Of a stretch of DNA of 64,000 nt, positions 56,755 to 64,000 are shown piece after piece; positions within the stretch are counted from its first letter, which is position 1, and the number at the start of each line of letters is the position of its first letter. Where the stretch lies: the NCBI GenBank assembly GCA_965248575.1, contig CBDFJQ010000002.1, positions 3,776,001-3,840,000 on the forward strand. The letters run 5' to 3'. Position numbers and translations under genes: made by a program. This stretch comes from Planctomycetota bacterium (GTDB lineage: Bacteria > Planctomycetota > B15-G4). The notes under the pieces were generated by a model. It was not told the DNA's origin and searched no databases. It was given only the letters and a program-made list of their open reading frames with translations.

Positions 56755-56871
56755 GACAGGAAGTCAGCAGGGAGGAGGAGCCCGGAAGAGCGAGTGAGGA
56801 TTGTGCGACTGGCCCCGGCCTTCAATCAACCGGCGGCCAGGGTGGAGTCCTCCGGGGAGGCAAAGCGACCA

Positions 56872-57726
56872 TCAACCAGCCGTGAAGCAATCCGAGAGAG
56901 CGTGCTGCTCCGCGCGGTACTGGGTCGCTGAGAGCCCGGCGAGTTGGCGGAAATCCCGTGCGAGGTGCGCCTGGTCGGCGTAGCCCGCCTCCAGGGCGAG
57001 TTGAGCCAGGGGCGGAGCGACGAGCCCCGCGTCGGGCTTCTGCAACTCCGACGACGCAGGCCCGAGCCGTTGCACCACGTGCTGAAACCGCTCGATGCGG
57101 CACAGGGCCTTGGCGGAGAGGCCGACACGCGCTGCGAATTGTCGTTCGAGCCGACGCGGGCTCCAACTCAGCCGCTGCGAGAGTTCGCGCACCGGGAGCA
57201 CGCCGCGCGCTTCCGTGATCCACTGCACGGCCTGCCGAAGAGCGTGCGAGGTGTCGTCGAGCGATTGGATCCGCGCGTAGAGCGCATTGCAAAGAAGCGC
57301 GAAGCGAGTTGTGTCGTCGGCCGCTTCAGCGATGCGCTCTTCGAGCTGGCGCGCTTCGCGACCCCAGAGCGCGTCGAGGGGTACGATCTGGGAGGTGAGG
57401 CCAGCAAGTGCCTCACCCAAGAAAGGCGCGGCAGCCCAGGGCTCGAAGCGAGCGGCCACCATACCGGTCGGTCCCGTGGAGATCAGATGGGTGGCGCTGC
57501 GCATCTGGCCTGCCACGACCGACCGGCCCTGGCGTTCGTAGGATCCATCGTCCAACTGGCGCAGCATGAGCGCGCCGTAGTGCACCACGATTTCGACGGT
57601 GCCGTCGGGCAAGATCCGCTCGGGTTCCTGGTCCTGCTGCTGATCAGGCCCCTCATGTTCGAGCAACCACAGGCAACGCAGATGCGGGGCCAGGGCAGGT
57701 GGTGGGGAGACCTCGCGATAGCGCAT
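56872..57726 (-). CDS. AraC family regulator (DUF6597-type N-terminus)
   Basis: Y.E..P...L, ILPDG, R.LER.F...VG.S.K, GYADQAHL.RDF. Confidence 0.92.
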   Translation of the reverse strand: MRYREVSPPPALAPHLRCLWLLEHEGPDQQQDQEPERILPDGTVEIVVHYGALMLRQLDDGSYERQGRSVVAGQMRSATHLISTGPTGMVAARFEPWAAAPFLGEALAGLTSQIVPLDALWGREARQLEERIAEAADDTTRFALLCNALYARIQSLDDTSHALRQAVQWITEARGVLPVRELSQRLSWSPRRLERQFAARVGLSAKALCRIERFQHVVQRLGPASSELQKPDAGLVAPPLAQLALEAGYADQAHLARDFRQLAGLSATQYRAEQHALSDCFTAG

Positions 57727-57750
57727 CTCACGAGCATAGCGCGTCCCGTC

Positions 57751-58302
57751 TCAGACGTCCTGCTTGGTGAACTCCAGCAGGAAGCGAGCGTCCTGGCCGC
57801 CCATGTCGCCTTGCAGGACGATCTCCAGCGTCTTCTTGCCCATGCGCTGGTAGACGAAGCTCTTCGGGAAGTCGTGGTCCGGGTTTTCGAAGACGGCCAG
57901 CTGCTGCTCGGCGTCGAAGTTCGTGAGGGTGAACTCCACGCTGCGCGTGCCAAAGGGGTAGGGCGTCATGCGCAGCTTGCCGTCGCGCGAGTAGAAGTGC
58001 TCGAAGTCCATCATGACGACCTTGCCGTCGCGCATCTCCTTGCTGGCACCGACGATCTGGCCACCCGCGCCGGTGGTGTAGCTGCTCTCCCAATCACTCT
58101 GTCCATCGCTGCCGGCCCAGACACCTGCGAGGAAGTCGAGGTCGGCCATGCGCACCTCCATGTCGAGGCGCTCGCCCTCTGGTTCTTGCACCACGGGGAG
58201 ACCTTCGTCCTGCGCACTCGCGTGCACGGGTACAGGTTCCGCCGCAGTCCAAGCCACGCTGGCCAGGGCCAAGGCCGAGATGCAAAGGATGGGTGTCTTC
58301 AT
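57751..58302 (-). CDS. Secreted DUF6265-like protein
   Basis: Signal peptide; L.FLAG.W, FENP.HDFPK...Y. Confidence 0.8.
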   Translation of the reverse strand: MKTPILCISALALASVAWTAAEPVPVHASAQDEGLPVVQEPEGERLDMEVRMADLDFLAGVWAGSDGQSDWESSYTTGAGGQIVGASKEMRDGKVVMMDFEHFYSRDGKLRMTPYPFGTRSVEFTLTNFDAEQQLAVFENPDHDFPKSFVYQRMGKKTLEIVLQGDMGGQDARFLLEFTKQDV

Positions 58303-58414
58303 GGCGGGCTCCGCAGACGGGTGTCGGTCCTCGCCCGGGCGTACGCCGAACGAACCCACAGCATGGGAGAACGACTTCCCACCGTCTTGAAGAATTACGA
58401 CAGCCCACGACGGA

Positions 58415-59008
58415 CTAGAGTTCGGTCCAACTGGTCGGGCGGAAGAGGATGTGTTCCTCACCCCAGGAAACACTGGACGCCTTGAGGGTGATGGGCGTGT
58501 CCACGGGCGGATTCTGGCCCTGCTCGGCGCTCCGCTGCAGATGGAGTTTCTGCTTTGTCCCCTGCACCTCGATAACCAAGCCGGCCTGCTCACAGCTCGC
58601 GCAGGATTCGTCCAGCACTGTGCCCTGGAGGCGTATGTCGACCTGGGTCACGACGTAGTCCGCGCGTCGGGCGGCCGCTTGGATCGCCTGCATGTCGAGC
58701 CGCATCGGCTGGGTGTAGGCGTAGTGCGCCAGGCCCAGGATCGTGTCGAGGTCGACGGAGTCGGCGTCTAACTGACGCCGCAAGGCCTGGTCGAGACCAA
58801 AGGCCTTGTCGTTTCATATTCAGCTGTCGAAGTGAAGGGACACCACCATGGGGGCAGCGTCGAAGGAGACCGTGTTGCTGAGCGTGGCGCAGTTGCTGAG
58901 CGAGGCGAGCAGTGCCAGTAGCGGAACCACCGCCCAGGCTCTCGTCCAGGCCACAGTCGAGGCCCAGTTCGCCAGGCCCCGAGATCTCGGGGACGTGTGC
59001 GTTGCCAT
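58415..59008 (-). CDS. Candidate selenoprotein: HMA-like lipoprotein read through two in-frame TGA codons
   Basis: ORFs 58820-59008 and 58415-58783 are in the same frame, separated by TGA ATA TGA; hairpin directly downstream; AGGAG RBS at the upstream start. Confidence 0.65.
58781..58808 (-). promoter_or_regulatory. Putative bacterial SECIS hairpin
   Basis: mRNA CAAGGCC-UU-UGGU-CUCG-ACCA-GGCCUUG, starting 5 nt after the second UGA. Confidence 0.55.
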
Positions 59009-59023
59009 GAGAACTGCTCCTGT

Positions 59024-59998
59024 TCAGAAACGAAGGCCAACGGCCAGGAAGATGCGATCGTCGAGGCCCAACTGCCTGCCGTCAACACGTTGGTGCAAAG
59101 GCAGGTCCACGGCGAGGCTGATATCAGCGGCCGGCGTCGGGTGCCAGCCGAGGCCCGTGCGCAGGAGGAGCGCGCTGGAGCCACTGTTGTGCAGTGAGCT
59201 GCCCGCTTGGTGGGCGCGACCCTCATGCCGCCACTGCAAGCCGACCTTGGCGCTGGCGGTGGGCCCCGGGTACTTGGTGTGCAGAAAGCGGTAGGCGGCG
59301 TCGATCTCGGCGGCGAAGAAGTCGCCCTTTTCGTAGCCCTGCGAGCCTCGGGTGTTGGCCTTGTAGAAGACTCGAGCGTCGTAGCGCTGCCGCCCCTGGC
59401 TGAGGATGCCGGACACCGCAAGGAAGGGATTCCAGGCGCCCGTTCCTGGCTGCAAGGGCGCCGGGAGGCGAGCACCCGCGTCCCACTCGGAGGTTTCGCC
59501 GGTGGGCGTTTCCGCTCCGCCGATCACGGAAACCTGGAAGGTCCCCTGCTTCCAGTCCTGTTTGTGCACGCGCCATTTGCCGAGCAGCGCCAGGTCACCC
59601 AGGCCGTCGCTGCGCAGGGTGCCCGCGCTGGACTTGAGGGTCTTGCTCACCCGCGGCAGCAGCATCGACAGGCTCATGCCGGTGGCTAGGCCATAGTCGA
59701 TACCGAGCACCGTGCGCTGTTCGATCCTGCGGCGATGCAGTGGGTCACTGGCGTGGCCACTGCCGTGGACCAGGTCCGTCTTGCGCTCGACGATGCGCGT
59801 CACGGACACGCGGACACCCTGGTCGAAGATGGTCTCGGCTGCGAAGACCTCGATGCCGCCGCTCTGGGCGATCGCGACGGGCTGTAGACCGAGCAGCGAG
59901 GCGCAGCAAATCAAGCAGCTCCATGCCGCCAGCCACGCACGGGAGCCCAGCTCCTCGAAGGAGCGGCGCGGGGGGGGCCAGCTGTCGAACGCGTGCAT
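59024..59998 (-). CDS. Outer-membrane beta-barrel, transporter/MetA-pathway (SphA-like) family
   Basis: GLGDL.L.GK, PTG....LQPGTG.W, alternating beta strands, terminal aromatic (GLRF); start uncertain. Confidence 0.75.
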   Translation of the reverse strand: MHAFDSWPPPRRSFEELGSRAWLAAWSCLICCASLLGLQPVAIAQSGGIEVFAAETIFDQGVRVSVTRIVERKTDLVHGSGHASDPLHRRRIEQRTVLGIDYGLATGMSLSMLLPRVSKTLKSSAGTLRSDGLGDLALLGKWRVHKQDWKQGTFQVSVIGGAETPTGETSEWDAGARLPAPLQPGTGAWNPFLAVSGILSQGRQRYDARVFYKANTRGSQGYEKGDFFAAEIDAAYRFLHTKYPGPTASAKVGLQWRHEGRAHQAGSSLHNSGSSALLLRTGLGWHPTPAADISLAVDLPLHQRVDGRQLGLDDRIFLAVGLRF

Positions 59999-60173
59999 CG
60001 GAGGGCTCGGGAGGGCAGGCCAAGAAGAAGCCGAACGGGCGCAGCCTCTCTTGGAGATTCTAGGGACCCCAGGTCCCGATGAAAGAGGGCATGGGACGAA
60101 GCTTGAGAACTGATGCATGATGTTTCGTCCAGGAAGACGCACGACATCAACACCATCCTTGGAAGAAGAACGC

Positions 60174-61361
60174 ATGGGGGCAGGACGACTGCTGGCCTTG
60201 GACCGCCTGCGCGGGCTGGTGATGGTGCTCATGGCGATCGATCACGCAGGCGCCTCCATGGACGGGACGCACTTCGCGACGGATTCAGCGCTCTTGTGGT
60301 CTCCCGGTGGCGAGATCCCCGGCGCCGCCTTCCTCACCCGCTGGATCACCCACTTCTGCGCGCCGACCTTCGTCTTCCTGGCCGGCGTGTCCATGGCCCT
60401 GAGCCGCCACGCCCGCAGCAGGCAGGCCCCAGGCCAGACGGCGGCCCAGCGGGCTGTGGACTGGTTCAACGTCAAGCGGGGCCTGTTCATCGCGGCCCTC
60501 GATCCGCTGCTCATCTCCGTGCTTTGGCTCATGGTGGGGCAGGACATGCTGGCGCTCCAGGTGCTCTACGCCATCGGCCTCGCGATGGTGGCCATGGTCT
60601 TCCTGCGACGGCTTCCTGCTGTCGTCGTGGTCGCCCTGGGTGCGCTCTACCTGGTGGGCTCCGAGTGGCTCGTGACGCAGACCGTGGGTGCTTTGAATTG
60701 GGGCGCCCCGCTTTGGTCGGGGCTGCTGCAAGCTCCCTTCTATTGGCCCGATGCGCTGGAGCTTGGGGGAGAGTCCTTCGCAGTCGCCAACGTCTACCCG
60801 CTTTTGCCGTGGTTGGCGATGATGATGTTGGGTTGGGCGTTCGGCCGACGCCTGCTGAAGCTGCGGCGAGCCGAGCGCTCTGCTGTTCCCACGCTCCTGG
60901 GTTGCGGGCTCGCCGGCCTGGCTCTCTTCGCGCTGGTGCGTGGCCTGAACGGCTACGGCAACATGTTCCTGCTGCGCGACGACAGCAGCTGGGCCCATTG
61001 GCTGCACGTCAGCAAGTACCCGCCGAGCCTCTCCTACACGGCCTTGACCCTCGGTGGCATGGCCCTTGGCTTGGCAGGTCTCTTGCGGCTGGAGGAACGG
61101 GGCGTGCTGAAGGCTGGGTCAGGCAACGGCCCGCTGGTGGTGTTGGGGCAGACGGCGATGTTCTTCTACGTGGCGCACTTCGTCTTGATCCTGGGCTTCG
61201 CTCGCCTGTCCGGCATGGCCACGGGGCTCGGTGAAGAGGGCGGGGGGCTCGCTTCAGCATGGTGGGGCGGGCTCGGCGCCAGCGCGTTGCTATATTTTCC
61301 GTGTCGGGCCTACCGCACCTGGAAGCGTGCCCAGCCCGACGGATGGGCACGCTACGTCTGA
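60174..61361 (+). CDS. DUF1624/heparan-alpha-glucosaminide N-acetyltransferase-like membrane protein
   Basis: LD.LRGLVMVLMAIDH, TRWITHFCAP.FVFLAG, YP.LPW, KYPPSL. Confidence 0.88.
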   Translation: MGAGRLLALDRLRGLVMVLMAIDHAGASMDGTHFATDSALLWSPGGEIPGAAFLTRWITHFCAPTFVFLAGVSMALSRHARSRQAPGQTAAQRAVDWFNVKRGLFIAALDPLLISVLWLMVGQDMLALQVLYAIGLAMVAMVFLRRLPAVVVVALGALYLVGSEWLVTQTVGALNWGAPLWSGLLQAPFYWPDALELGGESFAVANVYPLLPWLAMMMLGWAFGRRLLKLRRAERSAVPTLLGCGLAGLALFALVRGLNGYGNMFLLRDDSSWAHWLHVSKYPPSLSYTALTLGGMALGLAGLLRLEERGVLKAGSGNGPLVVLGQTAMFFYVAHFVLILGFARLSGMATGLGEEGGGLASAWWGGLGASALLYFPCRAYRTWKRAQPDGWARYV

Positions 61362-61400
61362 GCCTGCCCTCGACAGGCCGACCCTTCTGGAGACATCGTG

Positions 61401-62012
61401 ATGTGGAAACTCGTTTTAGCACCCGTGCTTTGCATGGGTGTGCTGCTGCAAGACTCCCAGCCGGTCGTCGCCGACGACATGACGGCTGAAGCGCGTGCGT
61501 CCGCTGGCAGCACTGCCGGACGGCCTGAAGATGACATCAGCAGCTGGGTCGAGACCACGACGAGCGGTGATCTCCTCTTGGTGGAAGAGGTCTGGATCGA
61601 GGCGTCGCTGGAGGCGGTCTGGAATGCCTACACCACCAGCGCTGGTTGGGAGGGATGGGCTGCGCCGACCGCTGACGTGGACCTGCGTGTGGGCGGCTTG
61701 ATCCGCACCAACTACTCCCCGGGCGCGAGTCTGGAGGATGAAGACACCAACACCCTGCACATCCTCAACTACGCGCCCCAGGCCCTGCTCACCTTGCGCG
61801 CGGAATTGCAGAAGAACTGGCCTGAGATCATGCAGGAGGACGCCGAGCGGCTCACCAACACGATCCTCTTCGAGAGCATGGGGCCGCAGCTCACGCGGTT
61901 GCGTTCCTACGGTATGGGCTATCGCGACACGCCCGACTACAAGCGCCTCATGGGTTTCTTCATCTCAGCCAACGCGGGCCTCTACAAGGTGCTCAAGGCA
62001 CACCTGGAGTAG
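61401..62012 (+). CDS. SRPBCC/AHSA1 domain protein, exported
   Basis: E..IEA..EAVW.A.TT..G...W.AP...VDLRVGG. Confidence 0.85.
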   Translation: MWKLVLAPVLCMGVLLQDSQPVVADDMTAEARASAGSTAGRPEDDISSWVETTTSGDLLLVEEVWIEASLEAVWNAYTTSAGWEGWAAPTADVDLRVGGLIRTNYSPGASLEDEDTNTLHILNYAPQALLTLRAELQKNWPEIMQEDAERLTNTILFESMGPQLTRLRSYGMGYRDTPDYKRLMGFFISANAGLYKVLKAHLE

Positions 62013-62141
62013 GAGAGGCCTCACCTGCGTATGCTTCGGAGGGGCGAGCAGGGGCATGCTATGGAGTGTCCTCCCTGAGTCGGAAGCGCGCGCCAGCGCG
62101 CTGCATCGACGCCGCGGCCGTGAGCCATCGAGAGAACGTGC

Positions 62142-63335
62142 ATGTCTGACAGTGACCAGGACCCGCAACGCCCCCAGCCCGAGTTGATCGAGGTCGGACA
62201 GGGTCCCTTTGGAGAGCGCGCGACTTCCGGCAACGCTGGACCTCCCCAGCGCAACCTCTCACCCGAGATGGCCGACGAGCTGGAGTTCCTGCTCTCGTTG
62301 CGCCAGGTGACGCCGCGGGTCATCTACTCGCACCTGCTGTTCGGCTTGAATGTGGGCGTCTTCGCCATCCTGGTGCTGGTGTTCGGCGTGCCGCTCATGC
62401 AGCCCGGCGCTCAGGATCTGCTGCCCTTCGGTGCGAACTTCACGCCCTACACCCGGGACGGCGAATGGTGGCGGTTGTTCACGTGCATGTTCCTGCACTA
62501 TGGGTTGATCCACATCGCCTTCAACATGTGGGTGCTGCGCCAGGTGGGGCCCCTGGTGGAACGGATGCTGGGCAACACCGGTTTCCTGGTGACCTACCTG
62601 GCGTCCGGCTTGTTGGGCAGCCTCACCAGCGCGTGGTGGAACCCTGGCTCGGTGAGCGCCGGCGCCTCGGGTGCCATCTTCGGCATCATCGGTGCGCTCG
62701 TGGGCACTCTGTTGCTCGGGCAGGGCGTCATCCCGCGCGCGACCCTGGCCCGCTTGCGCAAGAGCCTGGGCACCTTCTTGATGCTCAACATCGTGCTCGG
62801 GATGTCCGTGCCGAGCATTGGCATGGCAGCCCATATGGGTGGGCTCGTCGGCGGCCTGGTGTGCGGCGTGATCATGATGCGCCCAGACATCCTGCTCAGC
62901 TCCGAGGGGCGCGGCGCGCGCAACCTGCTGGCGGCGGCCCTGTGCGGCCTCGGCATGGTCTGGATGTTGGTTGCCCTGCCTGAGAAGGGCGGCGAAGTGA
63001 CGCGAGTGCTCCTGGAGTTCGATCTCCAGCAAGCCCAGAACGCCGAGGAGCTCCAGGCGGCCGTGGAAGACCGGCAGGCCGATCGTCTGGACGACGAAAG
63101 CCTGGCGAGCATCGTCGAGGCCCTGGCCCTCAACGATCGCCGTTCGCAGGAAGAGTTGGACGCCCTGCGCACGGGGGAGTTCCAACTCGAGGATGGGCTC
63201 GAAGCACAGCTCGTCGTGGTCAGCCGAAAGCTGACGGATCGGGTGGAGGCGTTTGAGATCCTGGTGCGAGCCCTGCGCACCGGCGATGAACTCACGGTGG
63301 AGCAGTGGTTCAAGTCCCTGAACGACTCGCCATGA
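62142..63335 (+). CDS. Rhomboid family intramembrane serine protease
   Basis: GEWWRLFT.MFLH.G..HI.FNM, GASGAIFG, AHMGG. Confidence 0.93.
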   Translation: MSDSDQDPQRPQPELIEVGQGPFGERATSGNAGPPQRNLSPEMADELEFLLSLRQVTPRVIYSHLLFGLNVGVFAILVLVFGVPLMQPGAQDLLPFGANFTPYTRDGEWWRLFTCMFLHYGLIHIAFNMWVLRQVGPLVERMLGNTGFLVTYLASGLLGSLTSAWWNPGSVSAGASGAIFGIIGALVGTLLLGQGVIPRATLARLRKSLGTFLMLNIVLGMSVPSIGMAAHMGGLVGGLVCGVIMMRPDILLSSEGRGARNLLAAALCGLGMVWMLVALPEKGGEVTRVLLEFDLQQAQNAEELQAAVEDRQADRLDDESLASIVEALALNDRRSQEELDALRTGEFQLEDGLEAQLVVVSRKLTDRVEAFEILVRALRTGDELTVEQWFKSLNDSP

Positions 63336-64000
63336 GGGCGTCGGCCTTCGTCCTGCTCACCATCATGGTGGTCGTCGGTGTGGGCTGGCTGTGGATGGGT
63401 ACTGGCTTGGACGTCGAGCTCGCAGAGCGGGTGCCGGGCGCCACCCAGCCACCTCGATACGAGATGGCCTTGCCGCTGGGCTATGACCAGCCTCTCGTCG
63501 TGACGAAGGACGCACGCCCGCTCGAGACACCGGAGCAGGGGAGTCAGGCTGCACCGATGTCAACGGAGCTGGTGCAGGACAAGCCACAGGCCCTTCGTTA
63601 TCTGGTGCGGGTCATCGACGAAGCGGGGCGGGCGCTGCCCGACGCCTTCATGTTCGACTCGTCGACCCGCCGGCGTGGCGGGAATGCTGGGCGGCCCTCG
63701 CCCACTTCGGACGCGCAGGGGCTCATGGAATGGACGACCCAGCAGCGGGCCAACGAGCAGGGTCCAGCTGGCTTCACGGTGGCCGCGCCCATGCACCGGC
63801 CGGTGAATTTCCTCGTGAAGGAGATGGTGGGCTCACCACACGTGGTCGTGCTGTCGAGAGTGGCCGTACTCGAAGTGCGGCTGGACGTGCGTAGCCAACC
63901 GAGCCCGAGGTTCCTGATGGTGACCCTGAGTTCGCCCGGCAACATCTATGAACACGCCGACTTCGGGTTCGACTCTCCAGCCCGGGAGAAGTTGGGTGTC
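63332..64000 (+). CDS. Membrane-anchored protein with a carboxypeptidase-regulatory-like domain, 3' partial
   Basis: ATGA overlap with the rhomboid gene; frame open to the window end (so absent from the ORF track); N-terminal TM, VIDEAGRALPDA...TSDAQG. Confidence 0.65.
   Translation, partial: MRASAFVLLTIMVVVGVGWLWMGTGLDVELAERVPGATQPPRYEMALPLGYDQPLVVTKDARPLETPEQGSQAAPMSTELVQDKPQALRYLVRVIDEAGRALPDAFMFDSSTRRRGGNAGRPSPTSDAQGLMEWTTQQRANEQGPAGFTVAAPMHRPVNFLVKEMVGSPHVVVLSRVAVLEVRLDVRSQPSPRFLMVTLSSPGNIYEHADFGFDSPAREKLGV

Overview
GC-rich bacterial genomic window with about 50 CDSs and no rRNA, tRNA or CRISPR seen. The gene content (ECF sigma plus Ser/Thr kinase, FG-GAP and SBBP propeller proteins with a shared C-terminal domain, arylsulfotransferase, many secreted proteins) suggests a Planctomycetota-like organism; this is an inference. 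Housekeeping-type genes (TIGR00300 family, DEDDh exonuclease, THUMP RNA methyltransferase, Prc protease, OmpR/HK pair, rhomboid) are interspersed with accessory material. Four things stand out. (1) A hidden candidate selenoprotein at 58415-59008 (-), with two in-frame TGA codons (U-I-U) followed immediately by a SECIS-like hairpin, in an operon with an outer-membrane barrel. (2) A three-gene operon at 34392-45667 (-): a Sec-exported Rhs/YD protein ending in a membrane anchor or sorting-signal-like tail, followed not by an immunity gene but by two paralogous polytopic DUF4350/GATase-like proteins, one with a Cys-less exosortase-like segment. (3) An integrase-less integron cassette array (about 21.6-24.35 kb) with intact and decaying attC sites, plus an orphan attC at 30.6 kb beyond a kinase/ECF/propeller block. 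(4) A leaderless PadR gene with a perfect palindromic operator over its promoter. All product calls come from motif recognition by eye; no database searches were run, and several start codons are my best guesses.
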